DNA of 64,000 bases, from assembly GCA_026014495.1 (NCBI GenBank), contig JAOZIF010000136.1, positions 3,886 to 67,885 on the forward strand. The letters are read 5' to 3'. Below the pieces are notes generated by a model. That model was not told where the DNA came from and ran no database searches. It saw only the letters and a list, made by a program, of their open reading frames with translations. Shown one piece after another: positions 35,549 through 45,423 of the stretch. The position numbers and the translations under genes are program-made. Within the stretch, counting starts at the first letter, position 1. Each line of letters starts with the position of its first letter. The DNA comes from Candidatus Bathyarchaeum sp. (GTDB lineage: Archaea > Thermoproteota > Bathyarchaeia > Bathyarchaeales > Bathyarchaeaceae).

Positions 35549-36805
35549 TCAAACATTTTTTGTTTTTCTAAGCTTTCCAAACAAGTAAACATCTATCTCT
35601 GTTCCTACATCTACAAACTGCTGTTTTTCAGAGATTTCAACAAAACCGTCAGCCTTAACCAAAGTTGTTATGGCACCAGACAAGCCAGTAGGAACAGGAC
35701 TCGCAATTAGCCTTCCTGAGTTATCATAACCCAAATTTACCATTGTAAATGTTCTGCGTCCTCGCGCCGGAAACATCTTCTGGGCAGCCACTGCCTTAAG
35801 CGTGTGCAACTCTTCTTCTGGTCTTCCAGCAAGCTTAACAATTACAGGACGAACGAACACGTTAAACATGAAGAGTGATGACGTTGGGTTACCTGGCATG
35901 GAAAAGACAGGTTTTTCGTTAACTACTGCAATTGTGATTGGTTTCCCAGGCTTCACAGCTACTCCAGATATGATTACTCCCGGTTTACCTAAACTATCTA
36001 CAACTTGAGGCGTAAAGTCCTTTGGACCAACTGAAACTCCGCCCGAAGTTATCACAGCATCCGCCAAAGACAAAGCTTTCTTGAGCGCGTCTGTCAATTC
36101 CTCTTTATTGTCTGGGATAATTCCCAAGTTAATCGGCTCTCCTCCAGCTTCAGTAACCGCAGCACTCAATGTATGAGCATTTATATCATAGATTTTTCCT
36201 GCAGGAAGCGGTTCTCCGGGTGCCACAACCTCCGCGCCTGTGGATAAAACAGCCACTTTGGGGCGCTTGTAAACAGTAACTTCAGTTAAGCCAATTGCAG
36301 CCAGAACCCCAATTTCACGAGAACTCAGAAAACGACCCACTTTTAGAACAGTCTCGTTTTTGCTAATGTCTGAGCCTGCAGCCATAATGTTCTCACCTAT
36401 CGTAACTGGGCGGTGCACAAAAACGGAATATTCTCTGGGTGTTGTATATTCAACCATTACTACTGCATCTGCGCCTTCAGGTAGGGGCGCGCCAGTCACT
36501 ATCTCAGCAATTAACCCCTTTTTTACAACCACATTTGGGGCTTCGCCTATCGCAACATGACCACAAAATTTTAGGGTAACCGGTTTGTCTTCACTTGCGT
36601 CGAACGTGTCAGCAGCTTTTACTGCATAACCGTCAACAATTGACCGAGTGAACGAAGGGATGTCTGCTGGTGACGTAACGTTCTGGGCTAGCACTCGCTC
36701 ATGAGCTCCTGAGAGAGAAACTTGTTCGACTCCAATAGGCTTAGCAGAAAAGCTCTGTTCAAGAAGTTGTTTTGCCTCATCAAAAGAAAGAAGTTTTCGG
36801 AACAT
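35549..36805 (-). CDS. moeA: Molybdopterin molybdenum/tungsten transferase MoeA (paralog 2)
   Basis: 418 aa. RSIVDGYAV, SGGVSVGPKDF and PGNPTSS are MoeA motifs. Confidence 0.85.
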   Translation of the reverse strand: MFRKLLSFDEAKQLLEQSFSAKPIGVEQVSLSGAHERVLAQNVTSPADIPSFTRSIVDGYAVKAADTFDASEDKPVTLKFCGHVAIGEAPNVVVKKGLIAEIVTGAPLPEGADAVVMVEYTTPREYSVFVHRPVTIGENIMAAGSDISKNETVLKVGRFLSSREIGVLAAIGLTEVTVYKRPKVAVLSTGAEVVAPGEPLPAGKIYDINAHTLSAAVTEAGGEPINLGIIPDNKEELTDALKKALSLADAVITSGGVSVGPKDFTPQVVDSLGKPGVIISGVAVKPGKPITIAVVNEKPVFSMPGNPTSSLFMFNVFVRPVIVKLAGRPEEELHTLKAVAAQKMFPARGRRTFTMVNLGYDNSGRLIASPVPTGLSGAITTLVKADGFVEISEKQQFVDVGTEIDVYLFGKLRKTKNV

Positions 36806-36806
36806 A

Positions 36807-38036
36807 CTACTCCCTCACTATGCTTGAAAAAAGTTGCACCCTAACAGCTTCTCCCTCGTCTATGCCTTCACGGTTTTCAGGAATAATCACATACCCGTTT
36901 GCCTTTGTCATAGTTGTTAGCACACCCGACCCAGTTACTCTGACTGGTTCAGCAAAAAAGCTGTCACTTCTCTCAAACACGTGAACACGCAAAAAGACTC
37001 TTCGTCCCAGAGCCCCTGCAACTCTTCGTGTAAGTTTCGCCTCCACTGCTGGTCTAGTCTCATTTACTCCCAGCAACCTAAGCAATGTAGGTCGAGTGAA
37101 CGCCTCAAAGCCTACAGTTGCTGCCACAGGGTTTCCAGACAACACAAAAACGGGTTTGCCTTTAAGAATCGCCAAACCTGTTGGCATTCCAGGTCTTATG
37201 GCAACGCCATGCACAATTACCCCCGGCTTGCCTATCTTGTTAACTGCCAAAGGAACCAAGTCTGGGTATCCAACGCTTGTTCCTCCAGTTGTAATAACCA
37301 CATCTGCTTGCTCTAACCCTTCCTCAATTTTAGACACTATCTCCTCCAGATTGTCTTTGACTAACCCCAAATTCAGCGGCTCGGCGCCCAATTCCATGCA
37401 CAGGCTAGAAAAAACTAGCCGATTAGTCTCCACAATCTTGCCATGCTCAAGCTTGTTTCCCAACTCCACAAGTTCGCTTCCAGTTGCTAAGATGGCAACT
37501 TTAGGTTTTTTGACAACAGACACGTTGGTTTCGCCCAGCGCCGCCAATAACCCTAAATGGTGAGGATTTAGTCGGGTACTAGCAAGTATGGCTACATTTC
37601 CTTTTGTTACGTCTTCTCCCCTTTTGGCTACGTTTCTGCCTGGAGTAACTGAAGCTGCCAACTCAATCTTGCCCTCAGACTTCTTGGTGTACTCAAGCAT
37701 AACCACTGCATCCGCGCCCTCGGGAACTGGGTTTCCAGTCCACAGCTCTTTTGCCTCATTTTCGTTGACTTTATCTTTTGTTAGCTTGAAACTTTTAGTT
37801 TTAAATGCAGAAACTCCGAAAGTGTCCTTTGCTCGCAGGGCATAGCCGTCTACTGCGGAGCGGTCAAAACGTGGCAAGTCATCCTTGGCTCGAACGTCCT
37901 CTGCAGTAACTCGACCTAGTGTCTCGTGAATTGGAATTCGTTCAGAACCTAGCTGTTTTGGATTAAGTTGCCCCAAAAACGATTGAAGAGCATCATCCAC
38001 GTTTGTAAGTTTTTCAAAGCCTTTAAGCCGAACCAA
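36807..38036 (-). CDS. moeA: Molybdopterin molybdenum/tungsten transferase MoeA (paralog 1)
   Basis: 409 aa. RSAVDGYAL, TGGTSVGYPD and SGNPVAA motifs. It lies in tandem with the second MoeA with a 1-nt gap. Confidence 0.85.
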   Translation of the reverse strand: MVRLKGFEKLTNVDDALQSFLGQLNPKQLGSERIPIHETLGRVTAEDVRAKDDLPRFDRSAVDGYALRAKDTFGVSAFKTKSFKLTKDKVNENEAKELWTGNPVPEGADAVVMLEYTKKSEGKIELAASVTPGRNVAKRGEDVTKGNVAILASTRLNPHHLGLLAALGETNVSVVKKPKVAILATGSELVELGNKLEHGKIVETNRLVFSSLCMELGAEPLNLGLVKDNLEEIVSKIEEGLEQADVVITTGGTSVGYPDLVPLAVNKIGKPGVIVHGVAIRPGMPTGLAILKGKPVFVLSGNPVAATVGFEAFTRPTLLRLLGVNETRPAVEAKLTRRVAGALGRRVFLRVHVFERSDSFFAEPVRVTGSGVLTTMTKANGYVIIPENREGIDEGEAVRVQLFSSIVRE

Positions 38037-38233
38037 AGATAAGCCCTCTCAGTAAAGAGCAAGAAAGTAGGCGTAAAAAACTTATCGCAAAACGCTGCAT
38101 AAACAATTAATATTGCTGCCAACACAGCTGATTTATCTGTGGTTTATTGAAAAAAGCGATACATCTGAAGGAAAACTTAAATAAACTGCAACTTACTTCG
38201 GTAGTTAGCCTAAAAGAGACGTGAATATTCAAG

Positions 38234-38698
38234 ATGTCTAGAGAATTTCAGCACATCATAAGATTTGCCGGAGCCGATATTGAAGGGACACAACCGGTAA
38301 CTTACGCCCTGACAAACATAAAGGGAGTAGGAATAAAACTAGCAAACGCAATTATAGAGAAAACTGGAATCAGCCCAGAAACAAGAATGGGTTTCCTTTC
38401 TAGTGCTGATATAGAAAAAATTGAAGATGCCATCACAAACCCAGTAAAGCATGGTATACCTGTGTGGCTTCTAAATCGCCGAAAAGATCTAGACACCGGA
38501 CAAGACATTCATCTCTTAGGCACAGACCTAATTGTTCAAACTAAGAACGATATCGAGCAGATGAAAAAGATACGCTCATGGAAAGGCTTCCGTCACAGTT
38601 ATGGATTAAAGGTTCGAGGCCAAAGAACCAAATCTACGGGTAGAGAAGGAAAAGCTATGGGTGTAAAGAGGAAACAGGTCCAGCGAGGAGGCAAATAA
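38234..38698 (+). CDS. rps13: Ribosomal protein uS13
   Basis: 154 aa. IRFAGADIEGTQPVTYALTNIKGVG and GLKVRGQRTKSTGR. Confidence 0.95.
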   Translation: MSREFQHIIRFAGADIEGTQPVTYALTNIKGVGIKLANAIIEKTGISPETRMGFLSSADIEKIEDAITNPVKHGIPVWLLNRRKDLDTGQDIHLLGTDLIVQTKNDIEQMKKIRSWKGFRHSYGLKVRGQRTKSTGREGKAMGVKRKQVQRGGK

Positions 38699-38701
38699 TA
38701 G

Positions 38702-39268
38702 ATGGGAGATCCAAAACGACAAAGAAAAAAGTTTGATACACCAAGATTCCCTTGGCAAATGGACACACTGGACGCTGAACTAAAACTGCTTGGTCAATAT
38801 GGTTTACGAAATAAACGAGAAATCTGGCGCCACAAAACTTTGCTCTCAAAGTACCGTGGCATTGGACGTTCACTATTGGGCATGTCTGTTGAAGAAAGAA
38901 GCGAGCAAGAAAAACAGCTTCTAAACAGGCTTAACAGGCTGGGAATCCTGTCTGAAGAAGCTGCACTGGATGACGTTTTGGACCTGACACTGGGAGACAT
39001 ACTTGAACGTAGACTTCAAACTCTTGTTTTCCAGAGAGGCTTATCACAATCAATACAGCAAGCTCGTCAACTCATTGCCCATGGACACATCGCCATTGAT
39101 GGACGAAGAGTTTCATCTCCAAGCTATTTAGTGCTCAGAGATGAAGAGGAAAAGCTGTCTTATTCACCTAAAAGCCCTCTAACAGACCCTGACCATCCAT
39201 TAACTAAAGCCGCAAGCATCCCAGCTGAGCCAGTATCAGAAAGTAACGAGGAGAATAGCCATGAGTAA
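38702..39268 (+). CDS. rps4: Ribosomal protein uS4
   Basis: 188 aa. [18 protein letters not shown] and S4-domain [32 protein letters not shown]. Confidence 0.95.
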   Translation: MGDPKRQRKKFDTPRFPWQMDTLDAELKLLGQYGLRNKREIWRHKTLLSKYRGIGRSLLGMSVEERSEQEKQLLNRLNRLGILSEEAALDDVLDLTLGDILERRLQTLVFQRGLSQSIQQARQLIAHGHIAIDGRRVSSPSYLVLRDEEEKLSYSPKSPLTDPDHPLTKAASIPAEPVSESNEENSHE

Positions 39269-39656
39269 GAAGACTGACAAATGGGCAGTTGTTCACGTTT
39301 TCAGTTCATACAACAACACAATAATTCATTTCACAGACATCTCAGGCGCAGAAACCATTGCGCGTTCTTCAGGTGGAATGCACGTTAAATCGGACAGACT
39401 AGAATCTTCTGCATACGCTACTATGCGAGCCGCAGCACACGCAGCCACAGTCGCTAAAGACAAGGGAATAACCGCTATACACATTAAAGTTCGTGCTCCA
39501 GGAGGCTCAGGTGCCAGAACGCCCGGAGCAGGAGCTCAAGCTGCTATACGTGCCTTGGCAAGGGCTGGATTTCGTGTAGGCCGAATTGAAGAAGTAACTC
39601 CTATACCTCATGATGGAACCCGAAGAAAGGGTGGACGTAGAGGCCGTCGAGTCTAG
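39261..39656 (+). CDS. rps11: Ribosomal protein uS11
   Basis: 131 aa. [19 protein letters not shown] and [17 protein letters not shown]. Confidence 0.95.
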   Translation: MSKKTDKWAVVHVFSSYNNTIIHFTDISGAETIARSSGGMHVKSDRLESSAYATMRAAAHAATVAKDKGITAIHIKVRAPGGSGARTPGAGAQAAIRALARAGFRVGRIEEVTPIPHDGTRRKGGRRGRRV

Positions 39657-39819
39657 ACTTCTTTTATCACCAATGATGTGAAACAGAGGAAAAAGCCGAA
39701 GAGACTAATGAATCGGTTTTCCCTTGTAACCAAAATATTGAAATAACCCCTTTCGCTCTCTTTGAAAAGCACGAGCTTTAAACGCGTTAATTACAAAGAG
39801 GCTTAATTGAGGCTTAACT

Positions 39820-40635
39820 GTGGTAGAGATTCAAATCCTTGAAAAAAGCGATGACTTCATGCGATTCATTGTTAGCGGAGTCAATGTGCCGTTTGTAAAC
39901 GCGTTACGACGAATCATGCTCACAGAAGTCCCTGCAATGGCTATAGACGAAATTGTTGTCCTAGAAAACTCTTCAATTCTTAACGATGAAATTCTTGCCC
40001 ACCGAATTGGTTTCATCCCACTCAAAACAGACTTAGATTCTTACAGTCTTCCAGAAGAGTGTAAATGCGAAAGCGAGTTCGGATGCAACCTTTGTCGATC
40101 AAATTTAACACTTGAAGCTGAAGCAGTAGATAAAATTACGACAGTTTATTCAGGGGATATGAAGCCAGAGAACCCTGACATAGTTCCAGTCAGCGACAAG
40201 ATTCCGATAGTGAAGTTGGCTTCAGATCAACGAATAAAAATGGAAGCCTATGCTCGACTGGGAAAGGGAAAGAAGCATGCGAAATGGCAGCCAGTGTCAA
40301 TGTGTAACTACATGTATCTGCCAAAAATCAAGGTTGATGTTGACAGTTGTGATGCCTGCGGCAAATGCGTTAAAGTGTGCCCTGAAGAGTGTCTCATAAA
40401 AACTGATTCAGGGATAAAAACTCAGAACGAGCTTGAATGTACGCTTTGCATGGACTGTGTAGATGCCTGTCCAAAAGAGCCGTTAGCCGTTGAAGTGACT
40501 TGGGACAAGAACGCTTTCATTTTCAAAATCGAGTCAACTGGAGCGCTTCCAGTGGAACGAATTGTTGTTGAAGCAATCAAGATTCTTGACAAAAAAGTTA
40601 AGGAATTTTCCGATCAACTGAAAAAGGGTAAGTAG
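39820..40635 (+). CDS. rpoD: DNA-directed RNA polymerase subunit D (Rpo3) with a ferredoxin-like 4Fe-4S domain
   Basis: 271 aa with a GTG start. VNALRRIMLTEVPAMAID, plus CDACGKCVKVCP and CTLCMDCVDACP. Confidence 0.9.
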   Translation: MVEIQILEKSDDFMRFIVSGVNVPFVNALRRIMLTEVPAMAIDEIVVLENSSILNDEILAHRIGFIPLKTDLDSYSLPEECKCESEFGCNLCRSNLTLEAEAVDKITTVYSGDMKPENPDIVPVSDKIPIVKLASDQRIKMEAYARLGKGKKHAKWQPVSMCNYMYLPKIKVDVDSCDACGKCVKVCPEECLIKTDSGIKTQNELECTLCMDCVDACPKEPLAVEVTWDKNAFIFKIESTGALPVERIVVEAIKILDKKVKEFSDQLKKGK

Positions 40636-40637
40636 AA

Positions 40638-41000
40638 GTGAAGAAAATAAAGGCAACTAATCCGGAAATTATTGCTCTCATCCGAGATTTGAAGAAACAA
40701 TCACAGGAAAGCCAAGCTGCATTATGGCAAAGTTTAGCTGATAGTTTGGCTAGTTCACAAAGAAGCCGTATAGCCGTAAACGTAAGCCGCTTGAATCGTT
40801 ATACGAAAGATGGAGAAACAGTTGTTGTTCCGGGCAAAGTTCTAGGCTCCGGAAAGGTTGTTCATCCCTTGACTGTAGCTGCATTCTCATTTTCTGATGT
40901 GGCTAAATCAAAGATTCTGAAAGGTAAGGGAACCTGTTTGTCTATCAGAGATCTGATGAAAAAGAACCCGACAGGCAAAAACGTGAAAATTATGGGGTAA
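40638..41000 (+). CDS. rpl18e: Ribosomal protein eL18 (L18e)
   Basis: 120 aa with a GTG start. TNPEIIALIRDLKK...VVVPGKVLGSG, and in the conserved operon position. Confidence 0.85.
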   Translation: MKKIKATNPEIIALIRDLKKQSQESQAALWQSLADSLASSQRSRIAVNVSRLNRYTKDGETVVVPGKVLGSGKVVHPLTVAAFSFSDVAKSKILKGKGTCLSIRDLMKKNPTGKNVKIMG

Positions 41001-41006
41001 ACTGTA

Positions 41007-41450
41007 ATGTCTTTTGATACAGCTACAATTATAGATGCTAATGGATTGATTCTTGGGCGATTGGCCAGTAGTGTAGCCAAGCGTCTTCTTCAAGGCGAGA
41101 CTGTTATAGTGTTGAATGCTGAAAAAGCAGCTATTTCAGGCAAGAGGCTGCACATAATTAGTGATGCTAAAGCTTTTCTTGATGTTGGGCATCCAAGAAA
41201 AGGGCCATTCCATCAGAGAAGACCTGACAGAATAGTTCGTAGAACCATTCGGGGTATGCTTCCTCGACAAAAACCGAAAGGTGTGGCGGCATTCAAAAGA
41301 TTGAGGGTCTATCTTGGTGTTCCGTTGGAAGTTGAAGGAAAAGAAATTCAGACAATTCCCGAAGCCAGCGCGGATAAATTAAAATCACCTTATATAACTG
41401 TGGGCGAATTGGCTAAAGAAGTCGGCGGATGGACCCCAGAGGTTGAGTAG
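41007..41450 (+). CDS. rpl13: Ribosomal protein uL13
   Basis: 147 aa. [24 protein letters not shown]. Confidence 0.9.
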   Translation: MSFDTATIIDANGLILGRLASSVAKRLLQGETVIVLNAEKAAISGKRLHIISDAKAFLDVGHPRKGPFHQRRPDRIVRRTIRGMLPRQKPKGVAAFKRLRVYLGVPLEVEGKEIQTIPEASADKLKSPYITVGELAKEVGGWTPEVE

Positions 41451-41865
41451 CATGTCAAAAACAAAGAAAGTTATGGTACTAAGTGGGAAGCGGAAAACCG
41501 CGATAGCAAGAGCAACAGTCAGACTTGGGAAAGGAAGAGTTCGAATAAACAATGTTCCATTAGAGGTTTTTGAACCTAAAATCGCTCGGGACAAAATTTT
41601 AGAACCCCTACTACTCACAGAAGACAAAGTTTGGAGTCAACTTGACATCAACGTCAGTGTTGCTGGAGGAGGCTTCATGGGGCAAGCTGAAGCCGCGCGT
41701 ATGGCAATAGCTAAAGGTCTACTAAAATGGACAAAGAGCACCCGACTTCGCACGACACTTAGAGATTATGATCGAACAATGATTGCTGGCGATCCTAGAA
41801 GAAGTGAGTCCAAAAAGTTTGGAGGACCTGGGGCTAGGGCTAGGGATCAGAAAAGCTACCGGTAA
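41443..41865 (+). CDS. rps9: Ribosomal protein uS9
   Basis: 140 aa. [31 protein letters not shown] and a C-terminal [17 protein letters not shown]. Confidence 0.95.
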   Translation: MSSMSKTKKVMVLSGKRKTAIARATVRLGKGRVRINNVPLEVFEPKIARDKILEPLLLTEDKVWSQLDINVSVAGGGFMGQAEAARMAIAKGLLKWTKSTRLRTTLRDYDRTMIAGDPRRSESKKFGGPGARARDQKSYR

Positions 41866-41998
41866 GCATCCAAAGGGGCGTGTTGGTGGCTAAAGGCGTC
41901 AATGTGGTCTAAATGTATTGACGCCGAAATGTATAAGTAGGAATTGAATGTTCGAAACAACCTGAATGTCATAATTATGTATAGGAGGTCGAGTTGAA

Positions 41999-42226
41999 AT
42001 TATCATCCCAGTTCGTTGTTTTACATGCGGCAAGTTGATAGCCGATAAATGGGAAGACTTCAACAGTAGAGTAAATGCTGGAGAAGACCCAAAAAAGGTT
42101 CTTGATAGTTTAGGAATAACAAGGTATTGTTGTCGCCGAATGATTCTGGCGCACATTGAGATTTCTGATAGTATCCTCAGATTTTATGAGGAAAAAGGGA
42201 AACTAAACAGCCCTCAACCATTTTAG
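41999..42226 (+). CDS. rpoN: DNA-directed RNA polymerase subunit N (Rpo10)
   Basis: [17 protein letters not shown]...YCCRRM is the Rpo10 zinc motif. The conserved [11 protein letters not shown] lies upstream of the first TTG (42035). In-frame ATT at 41999 sits 9 nt after GGAGGT (41984-41989), and the in-frame stop is at 41972. Confidence 0.85.
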   Translation: MIIPVRCFTCGKLIADKWEDFNSRVNAGEDPKKVLDSLGITRYCCRRMILAHIEISDSILRFYEEKGKLNSPQPF

Positions 42227-42238
42227 TGGTGAACAAGA

Positions 42239-43483
42239 ATGTCGTCTGTCATAGAAGATGTTATGGCGCGGAAACTTTTCAACAGCAGAGGACACGAAAC
42301 CATAGAAGTTGACATCATAACAGCTGATGGGTTTGGAAGAGCTGCTGCTCCCGCTGGAGCCAGTACAGGTAAAGCTGAGGTGGTTTCTTATCCTAAAGGT
42401 GGAGTTGACGCGGCTATAGCAAAGTTGGAAGAGCTTATTGCACCTGAACTTGTTGGAATGGATGCTGAAGAACAAAACGATATTGATGCTCTTCTTCATG
42501 AAATTGATGAAACAGAAAACTTCAGTAACATTGGAGGAAACACAGTTTTTGCTATCTCTGTGGCTAATGCAGAAGCAGCTGCAACCTCTTATGATTTGCC
42601 GCTGTTTCAGTATTTAGCTGGGTATGGTGGAAATGAGCTTCCGTATCCTCTTGGAAACGTGTTGGGTGGAGGAAAACATGCTCTTGGAAAGACAACTGAT
42701 ATTCAAGAGTATCTAGTTATCCCGTTTAAGGCACGATGTTTCTCAGAGGCTGCTGCAGCAAACATTCTGGTCCACAACAAGATTGGCGCTTCCCTTAGAA
42801 AAGCTGACCCCAACTTTACGGGTGGACGAGGAGATGAAGGAGCTTGGGCGCCTAACATCGAAAATGAGGAAGCTTTGAAGATAGTTGCCAAGGCTTGTGA
42901 AGATGTTTCATCTGAGATGAATGTCGAATGCAGACCTTGTCTTGATGTTGCGGCTTCTAGTTTTTATGACCCAAAAAAGGGCGTTTACGTTTATTCGATG
43001 GAAGGAAAAAAGCGAGACTCTGGTGAACAACTAGAGTTCATGTTGCGCTTAATTGAAGAGTATAACTTGGCTTATGTTGAAGACCCCTTCGATGAGGATG
43101 ACTACGAAAGCTTTGCCGAACTTACAAAGAAAGTTAACAATTGCCTAATTTGTGGCGATGACTTGTTTGTCACAAATTCCCAGAGGCTAACTAAGGGAAT
43201 TGAAATGTGCGCTGGAAATTCTCTTATAGTAAAAACTAATCAAGTTGGCACACTCACAGACGCTTGGGAAACAACACGGTTGGCGAAAAGGGCTGGATAT
43301 GTTCCAGTCATGTCACATCGTTCTGGAGAAACAACTGATACACATATAGCTCACTTAGCAGTTGGTTTCAATTGTCCAGTCATTAAGACTGGCGTGTTAC
43401 ATGGAGAACGAGTAGCTAAAATAAATGAGCTAATCCGAATAGAGGAAACCCTCGGAAATAGAGCACAAATGTCAAGATTATAG
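42239..43483 (+). CDS. eno: Enolase
   Basis: 414 aa. FNSRGHETIEVD, GDDLFVTN and SHRSGETTDT. Confidence 0.95.
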   Translation: MSSVIEDVMARKLFNSRGHETIEVDIITADGFGRAAAPAGASTGKAEVVSYPKGGVDAAIAKLEELIAPELVGMDAEEQNDIDALLHEIDETENFSNIGGNTVFAISVANAEAAATSYDLPLFQYLAGYGGNELPYPLGNVLGGGKHALGKTTDIQEYLVIPFKARCFSEAAAANILVHNKIGASLRKADPNFTGGRGDEGAWAPNIENEEALKIVAKACEDVSSEMNVECRPCLDVAASSFYDPKKGVYVYSMEGKKRDSGEQLEFMLRLIEEYNLAYVEDPFDEDDYESFAELTKKVNNCLICGDDLFVTNSQRLTKGIEMCAGNSLIVKTNQVGTLTDAWETTRLAKRAGYVPVMSHRSGETTDTHIAHLAVGFNCPVIKTGVLHGERVAKINELIRIEETLGNRAQMSRL

Positions 43484-44161
43484 TTGGAGGAAAAAAAGTT
43501 GTCTGAAAGTGAAGAAAATATGGAAACATACAGTGAAGAAGAACTCCTGTTACCTCAGGATACCCTATTATCCGCAGGTGTTCACATAGGAACAAGAATG
43601 AGAACAAAAGATATGGATGCATTCATATATCGAGTTAGAGCCGACGGCTTGTTCGTTTTGGATGTTAAAAAAACTGACGAACGCATACGAATAGCTGCAA
43701 AGTTTCTGGCCCGATTTGAACCCTCAAAGATAGTTGCTGTAGCAGGCAGATTGTATGGGCAGTCTCCTGTAGAGAAATTCTGCCAAGTAATTGGAGCAAC
43801 CCCGATAGTTGGAAGGTTCATTCCTGGAATGCTTTCAAACCCGCTCTACCCAAAGCGTCTTGAGCCTAGCGTGATAATAGTGTCTGACCCCAAAGCTGAT
43901 GTGCAAGCAGTAAAAGAAGCTGCTAACATAGGCGTTCCAGTCATAGCACTATGCAGCACTGACAACGACTTCTCCTTTGTAGATTTGGTTATACCAACAA
44001 ACAACAAGGGAAGACGTGCATTAGCAGTTATCTATTGGCTTCTAGCTAGACAGATACTACGCGAAAGAGGCGAAATCCCCGCAGACGGCGACCTAAGTCA
44101 GACAATCGAAGACTTCGAAATTAAACTGACAAGGGACCGAGGGGAAGTAGAAGAGGATTGA
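43484..44161 (+). CDS. rps2: Ribosomal protein uS2
   Basis: 225 aa with a TTG start. [20 protein letters not shown] and [11 protein letters not shown]. Confidence 0.9.
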   Translation: MEEKKLSESEENMETYSEEELLLPQDTLLSAGVHIGTRMRTKDMDAFIYRVRADGLFVLDVKKTDERIRIAAKFLARFEPSKIVAVAGRLYGQSPVEKFCQVIGATPIVGRFIPGMLSNPLYPKRLEPSVIIVSDPKADVQAVKEAANIGVPVIALCSTDNDFSFVDLVIPTNNKGRRALAVIYWLLARQILRERGEIPADGDLSQTIEDFEIKLTRDRGEVEED

Positions 44162-45012
44162 AACTTCGGTATCCAGCAGTAGCAGATTCATGGTACTCTG
44201 GTACCCCCAACGGTTTACGTGAGCAGATAGAAGAACTTTTTACGCATAAGCATGGACCAGGAAGCCTTCCCAAAGTCGTAATGGATGGTCCGCGGAGCCT
44301 TGTTGGACTTGTTGTTCCCCATGCAGGATACATGGCTTCGGGTCCAGTAGCTGCACATGCGTATCAGTATCTTGCAGCTGATGGAAAACCTGATGTTATA
44401 GTGATTTTTGGCCCAAATCATACTGGGCATGGAAGTGCGCTTTCGATTATGAATGAAGGCGCATGGCGAACTCCCCTAGGAGACGTGAGAGTTGATGAAA
44501 AAACAGCTGACGATATTTTGCAAGCGTCAAGAATTATTGACGTCGATGATAAGGCACATGTTTACGAGCATTCTATTGAGCTTCAGTTGCCCTTTCTTCA
44601 GTATTTGTATGGTTCAGATTTCACGTTTGTTCCAGTCTGTTTTATGATGCAGGATTTGCAGTCCAGCCGAGAAGTAGGAAAAGCTGTTGCAAAAGCCTTG
44701 AACGGTAAGAATGGTTTGGTTATTGCTTCTTCTGATATGACTCATTATGAGCCACAGGAAAGAGCAGAAAAAAAAGACAAACTGGCGCTAGATTCTGCTC
44801 TACAGCTGAATGAAGAACAATATTATCACAATGTGGAAGTTTATGGGATATCAACTTGCGGTTATGGTCCTGTTATTGCTGCTATTGTTGCTGCAAAAGA
44901 ACTGGGTGCCAAAAAGGCGGAGTTACTCTGCTACAAAACAAGTGGCGACGTATTAGGTGACCGTTCTGCAGTAGTAGGTTATGCATCAATGGCATTCGTT
45001 AAAGGCAGTTGA
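44158..45012 (+). CDS. MEMO1-family protein (AmmeMemoRadiSam system protein B)
   Basis: 284 aa with a TTG start. [28 protein letters not shown] and GPNHTG. Confidence 0.8.
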   Translation: MKLRYPAVADSWYSGTPNGLREQIEELFTHKHGPGSLPKVVMDGPRSLVGLVVPHAGYMASGPVAAHAYQYLAADGKPDVIVIFGPNHTGHGSALSIMNEGAWRTPLGDVRVDEKTADDILQASRIIDVDDKAHVYEHSIELQLPFLQYLYGSDFTFVPVCFMMQDLQSSREVGKAVAKALNGKNGLVIASSDMTHYEPQERAEKKDKLALDSALQLNEEQYYHNVEVYGISTCGYGPVIAAIVAAKELGAKKAELLCYKTSGDVLGDRSAVVGYASMAFVKGS

Positions 45013-45218
45013 TTTGAAGACTTATTTTGTCTTGATGCTGGTAACGTATTGCGTTGTGTCTCGTTGTTTTGTGTGTGCTGTATGCTTGTGGTTAGTTTTA
45101 CCAATGAACACACGCGTTCAAATAAAACGCTGCTTTTAGAAAATACATTCATTAAAAAGTAATGTTTATATATAATTATATAGTATTATCTAAATTAACT
45201 GAACAGGTGTGAGTGAGT

Positions 45219-45320
45219 ATGGCAACACCAATAACTAAAAAAAGTGAGTCTAAACTGGAACTAAACGAATCTAGAGCCTTCAAGCAACTTGCTGAAATCT
45301 GGTTCTTCCCAAGAATCTAA
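45219..45320 (+). CDS. Candidate 33-aa small protein (MATPITKKSESKLELNESRAFKQLAEIWFFPRI)
   Basis: Not in the ORF track because it is shorter than 60 aa. ATG is preceded by GGTGTGAGTGAGT, and by a strong TATA-like TTTATATATAATTATATAG about 45 nt upstream, inside a 410-bp gap. Confidence 0.2.
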   Translation: MATPITKKSESKLELNESRAFKQLAEIWFFPRI

Positions 45321-45423
45321 AACAAGCATCAACCTCTTTTTCTTTCTGTAACAACATTATGTTTAACCAGACCCCTTTTCGAGAAAAGCAGTAACCTAAA
45401 AGTATTTTATTCAATCTCTTCCA

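Noticed and set aside
39657-39819. Possible C/D-box sRNA in the rps11-rpoD spacer (AATGATGTGA ... CTAATGAATC).
   Set aside because: There is only an imperfect C box (AUGAUGU). No CUGA D or D' boxes occur at the required spacing, and there is no terminal stem.
42227-42238. Absence of rpoK (Rpo6) between rpoN and eno, where many archaea encode it.
   Set aside because: Gene order varies among lineages and the gene may be elsewhere. This cannot be judged from one window.
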